Positions 20,533 through 33,324 of a DNA stretch of 64,000 bases are shown piece by piece (the first letter of the stretch is position 1; each line of letters begins with the position of its first letter). The notes under the pieces were generated by a model. That model saw nothing but the letters and a program-made list of their open reading frames with translations. It searched no databases and was not told the DNA's origin. Source of the stretch: Candidatus Omnitrophota bacterium (GTDB lineage: Bacteria; Omnitrophota; Gorgyraeia; Gygaellales; Profunditerraquicolaceae); contig JBAZKC010000003.1 in NCBI GenBank assembly GCA_041651035.1, positions 69,153-133,152 of the forward strand, read 5' to 3'. The position numbers were made by a program, and so were the translations under genes.

Positions 20533-21614
20533 AGAGGCGCAGGGCCAAAACTATAAGGATCGGCAATTGCCTTATTGGCGGGGATAACCCGGTCGCGATA
20601 CAGTCTATGACTAAGACTAAAACCAGCGATATCCAGAGGACAGTGAGGCAGATAAGGGAACTGGAGGCCGCCGGATGTGAGATAGTCAGGCTGGCTATAA
20701 AGGATGAGAAAGATGCCCAGGCCTTAAAGAGGATCAAGGAGAGAGCTAGCATTCCTTTAGTAGCGGATATACATTTTAATTGGCGCCTGGCATTGGCGGC
20801 AATAGATAGCGGCGCGGATAAGATAAGGCTTAATCCCGGTAATATTTATAAGAAGAAAGAGATCGGGGAAATATCCAGGGCGGCAAAGCTTAACAATATT
20901 CCCATAAGGGTAGGTATTAATTCCGGATCGCTTAGAGGCTCCGAGCCTAAGAATACAGGCTCAAGGACGCAGGCCGATAGAATGGTTAAAAGCGCTCTGG
21001 ATTATATAAAGATATTAGAGGGTTTTAAGTTCCGGGATATTGTTATTTCTTTAAAAGCGTCTAATATTATAGATACTATAGGCGCGTATCGCAAAATAGC
21101 CCGGCTTTGTGATTATCCTTTGCATTTAGGTGTTACTGCCACCGGTTCCCCATACGCGGGGACAATAAAATCCGCTATCGCTCTGGGGATTTTACTATCG
21201 GAAGGGATCGGAGATACAATAAGAGTATCCCTTACCGACGCGCCCGCGCGGGAAGTAACAGCCGCTAAAGCTGTTTTAGAATCGTTAGGATTACGTAAGT
21301 CCGGGCCGGAGATCATCAGTTGTCCGACTTGCGGGCGCTGTGAAGTAGATCTGGTGAGGGTAGTAAAAGAATTAGAAGGCAAATTGTCTGGTGTCCGTTA
21401 TCCGCTATCCGCTCATAGGCCGCTTAAAATAGCGGTGATGGGCTGCGTAGTCAACGGCCCCGGAGAAGCAAAAGAGGCGGACGCGGGGATCGCTTTTGGG
21501 AAAAAAGAAGGGCTGTTATTTAGAAATGGCCGGGCAATTAAGAAAGTGCCTTTTTCCGGCTGCGTGGCTGTTTTGTTAAAAGAGATAGAATTGTTAAACG
21601 CGAAGGATAATTAA
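20529..21614 (+). CDS. ispG: 4-hydroxy-3-methylbut-2-enyl diphosphate synthase
   Basis: GcpE motifs INPGN and CPTCGRC with the third [4Fe-4S] Cys. 361 aa. Confidence 0.95.
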   Translation: MKRRRAKTIRIGNCLIGGDNPVAIQSMTKTKTSDIQRTVRQIRELEAAGCEIVRLAIKDEKDAQALKRIKERASIPLVADIHFNWRLALAAIDSGADKIRLNPGNIYKKKEIGEISRAAKLNNIPIRVGINSGSLRGSEPKNTGSRTQADRMVKSALDYIKILEGFKFRDIVISLKASNIIDTIGAYRKIARLCDYPLHLGVTATGSPYAGTIKSAIALGILLSEGIGDTIRVSLTDAPAREVTAAKAVLESLGLRKSGPEIISCPTCGRCEVDLVRVVKELEGKLSGVRYPLSAHRPLKIAVMGCVVNGPGEAKEADAGIAFGKKEGLLFRNGRAIKKVPFSGCVAVLLKEIELLNAKDN

Positions 21615-21617
21615 GAG

Positions 21618-22868
21618 ATGCTTTGGTCAAAGAGTTTTATACCCACGTTAAGAGAAACGCCGCAGGAGGCAGAATCAACAAGCCATAAATTATTACTGCG
21701 CTCAGGGCTTGTCCGTATGCTTATGGCCGGGGCGTATTCGTATCTGCCGCTGGGGCTTAAGGTATTAAGCAATATCCAGAAAATAATACGCCAGGAAATG
21801 GATTCCTGCGGGGCGCAGGAATTATTGTTGCCGGCTTTGCATCCGATGGAATTATGGCAGAGGTCAGGCCGCGATAAAGATATCGCCGATGTGATGTTTA
21901 AATTTACCGACCGCAGGGGGAGGAATTTAAGCCTGGGCCCCACTCATGAAGAAGTTATTACCGATCTAGTCAGGAGCAATGTTTCTTCTTATAAACAGCT
22001 GCCTTTGGTTTTATACCAGATACAGACGAAGTTCCGCGACGAGATCCGCCCGCGTTTTGGGCTGGTCAGGGCATGCGAGTTCATTATGAAGGATGCCTAC
22101 AGTTTTGATAAAGATGAGGCGGGGTTGGATGAGAATTATAAAGCGATGTATGAAGCTTATAGAAAAGTATTTAAGAGATGCGGGTTAGAGATCATTGTAA
22201 CTCAGGCGGATCCCGGCGTGATGGGAGGAAATTTCTCGCATGAATATATGGCGCCTTCTGAAAACGGCGAAGACCTGGTTTTGTTATGCCCCAAATGCCA
22301 CTCGGCCGAGGCATTTAAGGAAGGTAAAAGCGATACCTGCGCTAAGTGCGGAGTTAAATTAAACAAGATCAATAATATTGAGGTAGGCCATATATTCAAG
22401 CTTGGCACAAAATACAGTTCGGTATTAGGCGCTAATTTCCTTGATTCTGACGGAAAACTTAAGCCTGTGATCATGGGTTGTTACGGGATAGGCGTATCTA
22501 GATTGATCCCGGTAATAATCGAGCAGAACAATGATAAAGACGGTATTATCTGGCCGAAAGAAATTGCCCCATACAAAGTTATTGTCTTGGCGCTGGACGC
22601 GACCGATAAGAATATCATGGGATCAGCGCTTGAGGTCTATCAAGAATTAGAACAGGCTGGCATCGATGTGCTTCTGGATGACCGTGATGAACGCGCGGGA
22701 GTTAAGTTTAAAGACGCTGATCTTTTAGGCATACCTCTACAGGTGATCATCGGCCGGCAATCGCAAAAAGATAATAACCTGGAATTAAAGATACGCCGGA
22801 GCCAGGAAAAGATCATTAAGCCCAGATCAGAGATCCGGGAAGCGATAGATGGGTTTATCAATGGATAG
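21618..22868 (+). CDS. proS: prolyl-tRNA synthetase (bacterial-type, short form without INS editing domain, with Cys4 insertion)
   Basis: Class II motifs, N-terminus SFIPTLRETPQEAE..HKLLLRSG. 416 aa. CPKCHS...CAKCG lies where the INS domain normally sits. Confidence 0.85.
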   Translation: MLWSKSFIPTLRETPQEAESTSHKLLLRSGLVRMLMAGAYSYLPLGLKVLSNIQKIIRQEMDSCGAQELLLPALHPMELWQRSGRDKDIADVMFKFTDRRGRNLSLGPTHEEVITDLVRSNVSSYKQLPLVLYQIQTKFRDEIRPRFGLVRACEFIMKDAYSFDKDEAGLDENYKAMYEAYRKVFKRCGLEIIVTQADPGVMGGNFSHEYMAPSENGEDLVLLCPKCHSAEAFKEGKSDTCAKCGVKLNKINNIEVGHIFKLGTKYSSVLGANFLDSDGKLKPVIMGCYGIGVSRLIPVIIEQNNDKDGIIWPKEIAPYKVIVLALDATDKNIMGSALEVYQELEQAGIDVLLDDRDERAGVKFKDADLLGIPLQVIIGRQSQKDNNLELKIRRSQEKIIKPRSEIREAIDGFING

Positions 22869-23319
22869 GCAGGAATTAGACGGGGAACTAAGAATTGTTA
22901 TAGAGGCTTTCCTTAAGGGCCAAAACCTGGATTTAGTGGATTTTGCCTGCAGGCAGGCGGGAAAAGATCTGATCCTGCATATCCTGGTAGATAGGCCGCA
23001 TGGCGGCATAACCATGGATGAGTGCGCCGGCCTTAATAAAGGGATCAGCAGGGCTTTGGATGAGAGAGGCATACCGCAGGAATATATCCTGGAAGTATCT
23101 TCTCCGGGGCTGGATAGGCCGTTAAAGACAAAGAACGATTTCTCCCGCTGCCTGAAGAGAGCCGCGAGGTTCTTTTTTAGTGATCCGGTAGACGGCAAGT
23201 TGGAATTGGAAGGAGTTATCGCGGCGGTTGATGATAGCTCGGTATATATTGACGCGGACGGCAAGGCCGTAGGAGTACCTTTGCCAAAGATCGTAAAGGC
23301 AAAACAAATAATAAATTAA
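22849..23319 (+). CDS. rimP: ribosome maturation factor RimP
   Basis: LEVSSPGLDRPLKT motif. Precedes nusA-infB. Confidence 0.85.
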   Translation: MGLSMDRQELDGELRIVIEAFLKGQNLDLVDFACRQAGKDLILHILVDRPHGGITMDECAGLNKGISRALDERGIPQEYILEVSSPGLDRPLKTKNDFSRCLKRAARFFFSDPVDGKLELEGVIAAVDDSSVYIDADGKAVGVPLPKIVKAKQIIN

Positions 23320-23340
23320 CACAAATAACTGGAGAGACAT

Positions 23341-24546
23341 ATGAGTCAAGAACTAATAAGCATAATAGAACAAATTGAAAGAGAAAAAGGGATAAAGAAA
23401 GAAGTCTTGATCGAGGCAATAGAGAGCGCCCTTTTAAGCGCTGCCAGGAAAGTAATAGATATCAAGCCCGATGAAGAGTTAAGGATAGAACTTGATACAG
23501 GCACAGGCAAGATCAAGGCCTTCAGGAATAACGAAGAAGTTACTTCCATGGATTTCGGCCGTATTGCCGCTTCCACGGCGAGGCAGGTAATAATACAAAA
23601 GATGCGCGAGGCGGAAAAAGACGTGGTGTTTGCTGAATTCCAGGGCAGGGTAGGCGAGATCGTAAGCGGGACGGTTTACAGGTTTGAAAAGGGCAATATT
23701 ATCATAGACCTTTTAGGTAAAGCCGAGGGCGTGCTCATTAAGCGCGAACAGAATCCCAGAGAGGAATTCAAGCAGGGCCAGCGGGTACGCGCGTATGTCC
23801 TGGATGTAAGAAAAGATGCTAAGGGGCCGCAGATCATTCTTTCCCGGGCGCATCCTAACCTGGTCAAAAAACTATTTGAGTTAGAGGTACCTGAGATATA
23901 TGAAGGCATTGTGGAAATAAAGTCTATTTCCCGCCAGGCGGGAGAGCGTACCAAGCTTGCTGTCTGGTCTAAAAATGAAAAAGTTGATTCTGTGGGGGCC
24001 TGCGTGGGCATGCGGGGTAACCGCGTAAGAAATGTGGTTAATGAATTACAGGGAGAGAAGATCGATATCGTGCGTTTTAACGAAGACATAAAAGAATATA
24101 TAAAAGCAGCACTTTCCCCTGCCCAGGTTTCCGAGATAAAGTTAGAGAAAGAATACCAGAAGGCAAAAGTTATCGTGGATGATGACCAGTTGTCGCTTGC
24201 CATTGGCAAGCACGGCCAGAATGTCAGGCTTGCTTCCAGGCTTATAGGCTGGGAATTGGATATACGCACAAAAACCACAGTCAGCGCGGAAGCCGAGAAA
24301 AAGGTTGAAGCCGCCGCCAAGGAAGCGGAAGTGCCTTTAGGGCAATTGACGGGAGTAGGAGAAAAAACCTTAGCTAACCTTACGGAAGCGGGGATAAAGA
24401 CCATCGGAGATATCTTAAAGGCCAAGCCGGAAGATTTAATGAAGGTAAAGGGCATTGGTGCTAAGAAAGCGGAAAAGTTAATCCAGGAAGCGAAAAAATT
24501 TAATAAACCTCAATCCCCTTCTTCGAAGGAACAGGGCTTAGCGTAA
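23341..24546 (+). CDS. nusA: transcription termination/antitermination factor NusA
   Basis: S1 and KH domains (VGACVGMRGNRVRNV, AIGKHGQNVRLASRL), C-terminal HhH. Confidence 0.95.
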   Translation: MSQELISIIEQIEREKGIKKEVLIEAIESALLSAARKVIDIKPDEELRIELDTGTGKIKAFRNNEEVTSMDFGRIAASTARQVIIQKMREAEKDVVFAEFQGRVGEIVSGTVYRFEKGNIIIDLLGKAEGVLIKREQNPREEFKQGQRVRAYVLDVRKDAKGPQIILSRAHPNLVKKLFELEVPEIYEGIVEIKSISRQAGERTKLAVWSKNEKVDSVGACVGMRGNRVRNVVNELQGEKIDIVRFNEDIKEYIKAALSPAQVSEIKLEKEYQKAKVIVDDDQLSLAIGKHGQNVRLASRLIGWELDIRTKTTVSAEAEKKVEAAAKEAEVPLGQLTGVGEKTLANLTEAGIKTIGDILKAKPEDLMKVKGIGAKKAEKLIQEAKKFNKPQSPSSKEQGLA

Positions 24547-24587
24547 TCCAAAGCGGGCCCCGGGGATAAATAGGAAAGAGCAGTATT

Positions 24588-26696
24588 ATGACAAAACTAA
24601 AAGAAAAATATACCGCGCATAAAAAAATAGCACAGGTTAAGCCGAAGGCAACAGCGCATAAGGCCGTTAAAATTAAACCGGCTGTCCCTAAGAAAGAGAA
24701 GCCCGCGCCCGCGGCTAAGAGCAAGAAAGCAATCTTGCCTAAGCGTAAGCCTTCTGTAAAGAAAGAAGCGGCTCCTGTTGTCGCGCCCGCGCCCGCTCCC
24801 GTAGTAGAGAAGCCTACGCAGGTTGTGCCTGTTTTGCTCCACAGGCAGGAACCTCCAAAGGCTAAAGAAAAAATAGAAGTTAAGGCTGCTCCTGTAGCAA
24901 CTCCCGTAGCTGTTCCTGTCGTTGTTCCTCCGGCAGTTCCGATGAAAGAACTGGAGTTAGAATTGCCCATTACTGTAAAAGACCTGGCAGTGAGATTACA
25001 GGATAAGCCGTCTATCGTTATAAAGACCCTTATGGGTATGGGGGTAATGGTAGGCATAAACCAGACATTAGAGGAGCCTGCCGTAATAAAACTTTGTGAT
25101 AAATACGGATACAGGATAAAAAAAGCGCTTAGCGAAGAAGAATTGGTTTTACACGCCCACAAAGAAACGGATGATCCTAAGGATTTAAAGCCGCGGTCTC
25201 CGGTAGTAACTTTCATGGGGCATGTTGACCACGGCAAGACTTCGTTGTTAGATGCGATAAGGAAAACTAAGGTCGCGGAAGCTGAGCAGGGCGGTATTAC
25301 CCAGCATATAGGGGCTTATAGAGTATCGTTGCCTCACGGAGAAATTACCTTTCTGGATACTCCCGGACATGAAGCATTTACCGCTATGCGGGCCCGCGGA
25401 GCCAGTATCACTGATCTGGTAGTCCTGGTCGTAGCCGCCGATGACGGGATTATGCCCCAGACCCAGGAAGCCATAGACCATGCCCTCGCCGCGGGAGTTT
25501 CAATAATCGTGGCTATGAATAAAATAGATAAACCTCAGGCAAACATCGACCGGGTGAAGAAACAACTCGCGGACCTTGGCCTTAAATCCGAAAACTGGGG
25601 CGGTAAGACTATTACCGTGCCGGTGTCAGCCAAAACAGGAGAAGGAATAGATGATCTGCTGGAGATGATACTTCTGGAAGCTCAAATGCTGGAATTAAAG
25701 AGTAATCCTGACAGGCTTGCCCGCGGAGTTGTTATAGAGGCGAAGATGGCCAAGGGAAGAGGGCCGGCAGTAACATTGCTTGTACAGAATGGCACGTTGC
25801 ACCTCAATGAGAATATAATCGTGGGTAAGTTCTACGGTAAGATAAGAGCGATGTTTAACGATAAGGGCCAATCTGTTACATCCGCCGGGCCGTCTTTTCC
25901 GGTTGAGGTCCTGGGGATTTCCGGTATACCGGAGGCAGGGGAGCCGTTCTTTGGTATTGAAGATGAAAAACAGGCTAAGGAATTAGCCGGGCTGCGCCTG
26001 GAGAAAGAGAGGCAGCAACAGGTCAAGTCGATAAAAAGGATAAGTCTGGAAGACCTGCATTCCCAGATAGCAGAGGGCAAGATAAAGGAATTAAAACTGA
26101 TCATCAAGGCGGATGTGCAGGGGTCTCTGGAGGCGATAAAAGAGATGTTAAGTAAACTCAATGTCTCCGAGATCAAGCTGGAGATCATACATACCGGCGT
26201 AGGCAGCATAAATTCATCCGACGCGATATTGGCAGTAGCGTCAAACGCGCTGATATTAGGGTTTAATGTTGCCGCGGATGAACGCGCTAAGGAATACGCC
26301 ATAAAAGAAGGCGTTGATATCAAGACTTACAATATTATTTATGAGTTGGCCAATGATATAAAAGCCGCGGTAGAGGGCATGCTTGAGCCAAAGATAAAAA
26401 AGATCTTTTTAGGCAGGGTCGAGGTAAGGAAGGTTTTCAAATTATCGCGGTCAGGCACAGTCGCGGGCTGCTTTGTGGTTAAGGGGAAGATCAACCGCAC
26501 GGGCCTGATCAATTTAGTAAGGAACGGCGCGGTGGTTTTTGAAGGGAAGCTTTCTTCGTTAAAGCGTTTTAAAGATGATGTGAGGGATGTCGCGGAAGGC
26601 TTTGAATGCGGCATAACCCTTTCAGGATTCGATGATTTGCATGAAGGCGATACCATTGAAGCTTATGATATAGAGAAGATAGCGCGCAAATTATAA
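24588..26696 (+). CDS. infB: translation initiation factor IF-2
   Basis: GTPase motifs [12 protein letters not shown] and [13 protein letters not shown]. Low-complexity A/P/V/K-rich N-terminus. 702 aa. Confidence 0.95.
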   Translation: MTKLKEKYTAHKKIAQVKPKATAHKAVKIKPAVPKKEKPAPAAKSKKAILPKRKPSVKKEAAPVVAPAPAPVVEKPTQVVPVLLHRQEPPKAKEKIEVKAAPVATPVAVPVVVPPAVPMKELELELPITVKDLAVRLQDKPSIVIKTLMGMGVMVGINQTLEEPAVIKLCDKYGYRIKKALSEEELVLHAHKETDDPKDLKPRSPVVTFMGHVDHGKTSLLDAIRKTKVAEAEQGGITQHIGAYRVSLPHGEITFLDTPGHEAFTAMRARGASITDLVVLVVAADDGIMPQTQEAIDHALAAGVSIIVAMNKIDKPQANIDRVKKQLADLGLKSENWGGKTITVPVSAKTGEGIDDLLEMILLEAQMLELKSNPDRLARGVVIEAKMAKGRGPAVTLLVQNGTLHLNENIIVGKFYGKIRAMFNDKGQSVTSAGPSFPVEVLGISGIPEAGEPFFGIEDEKQAKELAGLRLEKERQQQVKSIKRISLEDLHSQIAEGKIKELKLIIKADVQGSLEAIKEMLSKLNVSEIKLEIIHTGVGSINSSDAILAVASNALILGFNVAADERAKEYAIKEGVDIKTYNIIYELANDIKAAVEGMLEPKIKKIFLGRVEVRKVFKLSRSGTVAGCFVVKGKINRTGLINLVRNGAVVFEGKLSSLKRFKDDVRDVAEGFECGITLSGFDDLHEGDTIEAYDIEKIARKL

Positions 26697-26721
26697 ACAC
26701 TTTAATTCTATCAGGCTAAAT

Positions 26722-27708
26722 ATGAAAAAACGTATATTAAGCGGGATGCGGCCGACAGGCAAGCTGCATCTTGGGCATCTTGTCGGGGCTCTGGATAACT
26801 GGGTAAAATTGCAGGATGAGTATGAGTGTTTCTTCATGGCCGCGGATTGGCACGCGCTTATGTCCGAATACGAGGACACCAGGGATCTAAAAGAAAATAT
26901 ACTCGATAATGTTATTGACTGGATCTCTTGCGGCGTCTCTCCGGATAAATCCACGATATTTATCCAGTCTCACGTAAAAGAACATTTGGAATTATACGCG
27001 GTATTTTCCATGATTACGCCTTTAGGGCTCCTGGAACGCTGCCCAACTTATAAAGAGCAGCTGCGTGAAGTAAAGAACCGGGACTTAAGCACATATGGGT
27101 TCCTGGGGTATCCGGTCCTGCAGGCAGCGGATATCCTGCTCTATAAAGCAGAGGCAGTGCCTGTAGGAGAAGACCAGCTTCCGCATTTGGAATTAACCAG
27201 GGAGATCGCCAGGAAATTTAACAATCTGTACTCCGCTAAAAAAGATTTCTTCCCCCAGGTCAAAGGGCTATTGACTAAGGCACACAGGCTCTTAGGGCTC
27301 GATGGCCGTAAGATGAGTAAGAGTTATGATAATTATATTGCTTTATCGGAGAAACCCGAAGATCTGCGCAAAAAAGTCTCCAGCATGTTTACTGATCCAT
27401 TAAGGATAAAATTTGCCGATCCCGGCCATCCGCAGGACTGTAATGTGCGGAACTATTACGCTGTGTTCGCCCCTGAGGAAAATAAGGAGTTGGATGAGGT
27501 CTGCCGTAAGTCTAAGATCGGCTGCACTGATTGTAAAAAAGAACTAGCCGAGAAGCTGATTAAGTTCCTGGCCCCGATACAGGAGAAAAGGGACGAATTG
27601 CTCAAAGATAAAAGCCGGATATTTGATATATTGGAGCACGGAGAGAAAAAAGCAAGAGCATCCGCGGTTGAGACTATGTCTTGCGTAAGGGAAATGCTTA
27701 ATTTATAA
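26722..27708 (+). CDS. trpS: tryptophanyl-tRNA synthetase
   Basis: HIGH-type motif TGKLHLGHL and KMSKS. Confidence 0.95.
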   Translation: MKKRILSGMRPTGKLHLGHLVGALDNWVKLQDEYECFFMAADWHALMSEYEDTRDLKENILDNVIDWISCGVSPDKSTIFIQSHVKEHLELYAVFSMITPLGLLERCPTYKEQLREVKNRDLSTYGFLGYPVLQAADILLYKAEAVPVGEDQLPHLELTREIARKFNNLYSAKKDFFPQVKGLLTKAHRLLGLDGRKMSKSYDNYIALSEKPEDLRKKVSSMFTDPLRIKFADPGHPQDCNVRNYYAVFAPEENKELDEVCRKSKIGCTDCKKELAEKLIKFLAPIQEKRDELLKDKSRIFDILEHGEKKARASAVETMSCVREMLNL

Positions 27709-27711
27709 ATA

Positions 27712-28473
27712 ATGAGCTATAAGATAAAACTGGAAATATTCGAAGGCCCACTTGACCTGCTGTTGTACCTGGTAAGGAAAGACCATCTTAATATTTATGA
27801 TATACCGGTATCCAAGGTAACGGAGCAGTATCTAGAGTATATTAATTTAATGCAGCTTTTGGATTTAAATATCGCCGGTGAATTCCTGGTAATGGCAGCT
27901 ACGCTTATGCAGATTAAATCCAAGATGCTCTTGCCCGCCGAGGAGGCAGCGGGAGGCGAGGAAGAGCAGGAAGACCCGCGCGCTGAGCTGGTAAAGCGCC
28001 TCCTGGAGTATGAGAAGTTTAAGAAAATAGCTGAAACCTTACAGCAGAAGGAAGCCAGCCAGCGGGAGGTATTCAAACGCCCGAAGGCCGAGATAGATAA
28101 AATCGCTTCAAATGAAAAAGAGGTATATTTTGAGGCGAGCATTTTTGACCTGATAAACGTTTTTTCGCAGGCCTTAAAAGATGTCCCCAAAGAGGTATTC
28201 TATGAGGTCGTGAAAGATGAATTTACTATCGAAGAGAAGATCCATGAGATACTGCATCTTTTGCTGGTTAAGCCGTCTGTGCAGATATCGGAGTTGTTTG
28301 GCAGGGCAAAACATAAAATAGAGATAATCGTCACATTCCTAGGGATATTGGAATTGATCAGAATGAAAGAGATTGTTTTCCGGCAGACAGAGTTATTCCA
28401 GGATATAGAGATCTTAAGGAATAAGGAAAATATCATACCATATGAGCGAAGAGATCAGACAGGCATTGCTTAA
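27712..28473 (+). CDS. scpA: segregation and condensation protein A
   Basis: N-terminus LEIFEGPLDLLLYLVRKDHLNIYDIPVSKVTEQYLEY. Confidence 0.8.
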   Translation: MSYKIKLEIFEGPLDLLLYLVRKDHLNIYDIPVSKVTEQYLEYINLMQLLDLNIAGEFLVMAATLMQIKSKMLLPAEEAAGGEEEQEDPRAELVKRLLEYEKFKKIAETLQQKEASQREVFKRPKAEIDKIASNEKEVYFEASIFDLINVFSQALKDVPKEVFYEVVKDEFTIEEKIHEILHLLLVKPSVQISELFGRAKHKIEIIVTFLGILELIRMKEIVFRQTELFQDIEILRNKENIIPYERRDQTGIA

Positions 28474-29488
28474 GGGCGCTCCCTTAATCAGCCAGGCTAA
28501 AGAGGCAGAAGAAGACGCGGTCCTGAATATTTCTTTACGGCCGAAGAAGCTGTCGGAATTTGTAGGGCACAAGGAGATACTGGATAATCTGAAAATCTCC
28601 ATGCAGGCGGCAAAACAGAGGAAGGAGCCTCTGGAGCATGTGCTTTTAAGCGGTCCTCCGGGGCTGGGCAAGACTTCCCTCTCGCATATTATCGCCCATG
28701 AAATGAATAGCAAGATCACTGCTACAAGCGGCCCGGCAATTGAAAGGGCGGGGGACTTAATCGGCATATTAACTAATCTGGAAAAAGGCGACATACTGTT
28801 TATTGACGAGATACACCGGCTTTCTAAGATAGTAGAGGAATTCCTTTATCCGGCGATGGAGAGCTTCCAGATAGATTTTGTAATAGATAAAGGCCCGTAC
28901 GCCAAGACCATAAAGTTCAATCTTAAGCCTTTTACTTTAGTCGGCGCTACTACCCGCTCCGGGCTCTTAACCGCGGCTTTAAGGGGCAGGTTCGGTATAT
29001 TCTACAATCTGGATTTTTATAAAGTTGAAGATCTGGCAAAGATCATAAAACATTCCGCGAAGATCCTGGGCGTGGATATTGATGAAGAGGCGGCATTGGA
29101 GATTGGAAGGCGGGCCCGGGGAACGCCGCGCGTAGCCAATAGATTATTGCGCAGGGTCAGGGACTATGCCCAGGTTCAGGAGATAAAAAAGGTAAATATT
29201 GAAATCGCCAGCAGGACGTTAGATGACCTGGGTATTGATAAGGCGGGCCTTGACGATCTAGACCGCAGGGTTTTAAAGTTGATTTTGGGAACTTATGGCG
29301 GCGGCCCTGTCGGCGTAGAGGCAGTAGCTGCCAGCCTTAACGAGGAAGTTGATACGATTGAAGACACGGTTGAGCCCTATTTACTCAAAGCGGGGTATCT
29401 TAAGCGGACTTCGCGGGGCAGGCTTGCCACAAAATTAACATTCGAGCACTTCGGCATAAAATACGAAAAACAAGAAGAGTTCTTGTAG
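28442..29488 (+). CDS. ruvB: Holliday junction branch-migration helicase RuvB
   Basis: LRPKKLSEFVGH, Walker A GPPGLGKTS, DEIHRL. 348 aa. Confidence 0.95.
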   Translation: MSEEIRQALLKGAPLISQAKEAEEDAVLNISLRPKKLSEFVGHKEILDNLKISMQAAKQRKEPLEHVLLSGPPGLGKTSLSHIIAHEMNSKITATSGPAIERAGDLIGILTNLEKGDILFIDEIHRLSKIVEEFLYPAMESFQIDFVIDKGPYAKTIKFNLKPFTLVGATTRSGLLTAALRGRFGIFYNLDFYKVEDLAKIIKHSAKILGVDIDEEAALEIGRRARGTPRVANRLLRRVRDYAQVQEIKKVNIEIASRTLDDLGIDKAGLDDLDRRVLKLILGTYGGGPVGVEAVAASLNEEVDTIEDTVEPYLLKAGYLKRTSRGRLATKLTFEHFGIKYEKQEEFL

Positions 29489-29537
29489 GGACACCCTTTT
29501 TGCCAATCGAGGGACACCCTTAGAGCCAATCGGGAGA
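29489..29537 (+). repeat. tandem direct repeat plus inverted repeat (hairpin) in ruvB-queH spacer
   Basis: GGGACACCCTT(TTTG)CCAATCGA / GGGACACCCTT(AGAG)CCAATCGG, followed by GAGAGTGTCCC, which pairs with the GGGACAC of the second copy. Confidence 0.45.
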
Positions 29538-30104
29538 GTGTCCCTTGCTAATATGAAACTATTATTACATACCTGCTGCGCGCCGTGCCTTATATATCCT
29601 CTAGAGCGTTTAAAAGATAAGGGCTTTGGAATAAGGGGATATTTCTACAATCCGAATATCCATCCTTTCAGCGAATATAAGAGCAGGAAACAGGCGGTAG
29701 CGGATTTTTCCCGTCCTCATAATTTAGAGGTTATTTATCCTGAATATAATCCGGTGGAATTCTTTCAGGCGGTGAATCTTAAGGAGGATAATCCCCAGAG
29801 ATGCCGCATATGCTGGTCTCTACGGCTTAAGAAGACAGCCGAAGCCGCGAAGGAAATGGGATATGGTTATTTTTCCACTACTCTTTTAGTAAGCCCTTAT
29901 CAGGACCAGGAACAACTAAAACAGATCGGATGTGATATCGCCCGGGAAGAAGGGGTAGTATTTTATTATGAAGATTTTCGCCCCGGCTTTAAAAAAGCGC
30001 ATGATGAAGCAAAGGCGAAGGGCATATACTGCCAGAAGTATTGCGGGTGCATTTATTCGGAGATAGAAAGATGCGGGAAACCGGGAAAGCGGCTGCTATA
30101 TTAA
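29538..30104 (+). CDS. queH: epoxyqueuosine reductase QueH (DUF208)
   Basis: HTCCAPC N-terminal motif and conserved Cys cluster CRICW ... CGC. Clustered with queA and tgt. Confidence 0.75.
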   Translation: MSLANMKLLLHTCCAPCLIYPLERLKDKGFGIRGYFYNPNIHPFSEYKSRKQAVADFSRPHNLEVIYPEYNPVEFFQAVNLKEDNPQRCRICWSLRLKKTAEAAKEMGYGYFSTTLLVSPYQDQEQLKQIGCDIAREEGVVFYYEDFRPGFKKAHDEAKAKGIYCQKYCGCIYSEIERCGKPGKRLLY

Positions 30105-31202
30105 CAAGTATTATTATTTCGGTGGTATTTATGCCGCAAGAGGCATGCTTAGCGCAGCCTCCGGGTAAATACATCCGCGTAGCGATAGCCCAGGACGCGG
30201 TATCCTTAAACCTTAAGGTGCCGGGTTATTATGAAATAGTTGATCCGGCCGCTGGAAGGACCCTATCCAGCGGTTATGGTTTAAAGACCACGGCGACTAC
30301 CCAAAAAAACGGCATTTTACTGGGTAAGGCGATCCCCAGCTTACCAAGGCTTTTTATAAAGACCGATGGAACAGGAGTGATCTTAGTTAACGGGCGCAGG
30401 TTCAGGGGCAGTATTGAACTGATAAAAAAGGACGACGCGAGGATCCTGGCAGTAAATTATATTGACCTGGAGAATTACATAAAAGGTATTTTATACCATG
30501 AGGTATCGCATTATTGGCCGATGGAGGCATTAGCGGCGCAGGCAATAGTAAGCCGTACTTACGCGGCCTATCAGATGCAGGAGAATAAGTCCAAAGATTA
30601 CGATGTCACCAGCGATATATATTCCCAGGTTTACGGCGGCAGGACCTCTGAGCGCAGCCGCACCACTGAAGCGGTTGATGCTACTTCAGGCCGCATACTT
30701 ACTTATAAAGATAAAATAATCCCCGCTTATTTTCATGCTGTCTGCGGCGGCCATACCGAAGACGCGTCTTTACTTTGGAACATAGATATGCCTCCTTTAA
30801 AAGGCCTGCCCTGTAATTTCTGCAAAGATTCGCCGCGTTTTAATTGGCATTATGTGCTGGCCTTAGAGGATATTGAGGACAGCCTGGCAGGAGCTGGTTT
30901 GAAGATAAACGGCATAAAAAATATAGTGGTATCAGGCCGGGATAAGTCCGGCCGCGTTACGGATTTAAACATGGTATCTGCGAAAAAGGATCTAAAGATC
31001 AGCGCTAAGGATTTTAGGAATATAGTCGGGCCTAATATTATTAAAAGCGCCAATTTTACCGTAAGCGTCATTAAAAATGACGCGGTATTCGAAGGTGTTG
31101 GCTGGGGCCATGGCGTGGGCCTGTGCCAATGGGGCGCTTACTTTATGTCAAAGCAGGGTTATCGCGCAGACGAGATACTTAAATATTATTACCCCGGGAC
31201 CG

Positions 31203-31225
<23 letters not shown>
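30071..31225 (+). CDS. SpoIID/LytB-domain protein (amidase enhancer-like), secreted
   Basis: SpoIID motifs AVCGGHTEDAS and GHGVGLCQWGA. Start placed at ATG 30071 (MRETGKAAAIL..., signal peptide) instead of 30041, which shrinks the overlap with queH. Confidence 0.75.

Positions 31226-33324
<2,099 letters not shown>

Noticed and set aside
24630-25000. The A/P/V/K-rich repetitive stretch at the 5' end of infB, as a possible repeat element or separate gene.
   Set aside because: It is the usual low-complexity linker of IF-2 N-terminal regions, and the frame is continuous with the GTPase domain.
29489-29537. preQ1 riboswitch upstream of queH.
   Set aside because: The hairpin has no A-rich tail or ACUAA-type pseudoknot partner, and no preQ1-I/II conserved loop nucleotides. 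queH, queA and tgt are also not the usual preQ1-regulated genes.
30041-30104. A 64-nt queH/SpoIID-like overlap taken at face value.
   Set aside because: An in-frame ATG at 30071 yields a textbook signal peptide (MRETGKAAAILTSIIISVVF) and a shorter, more typical overlap. The 30041 start was therefore not adopted.
31077-31202. A 42-aa N-terminal extension of QueA from ATG 31077.
   Set aside because: The extension is unconserved and lies wholly within the SpoIID-like coding region. The canonical QueA N-terminus MLRLSDFNYDLP begins at 31203.
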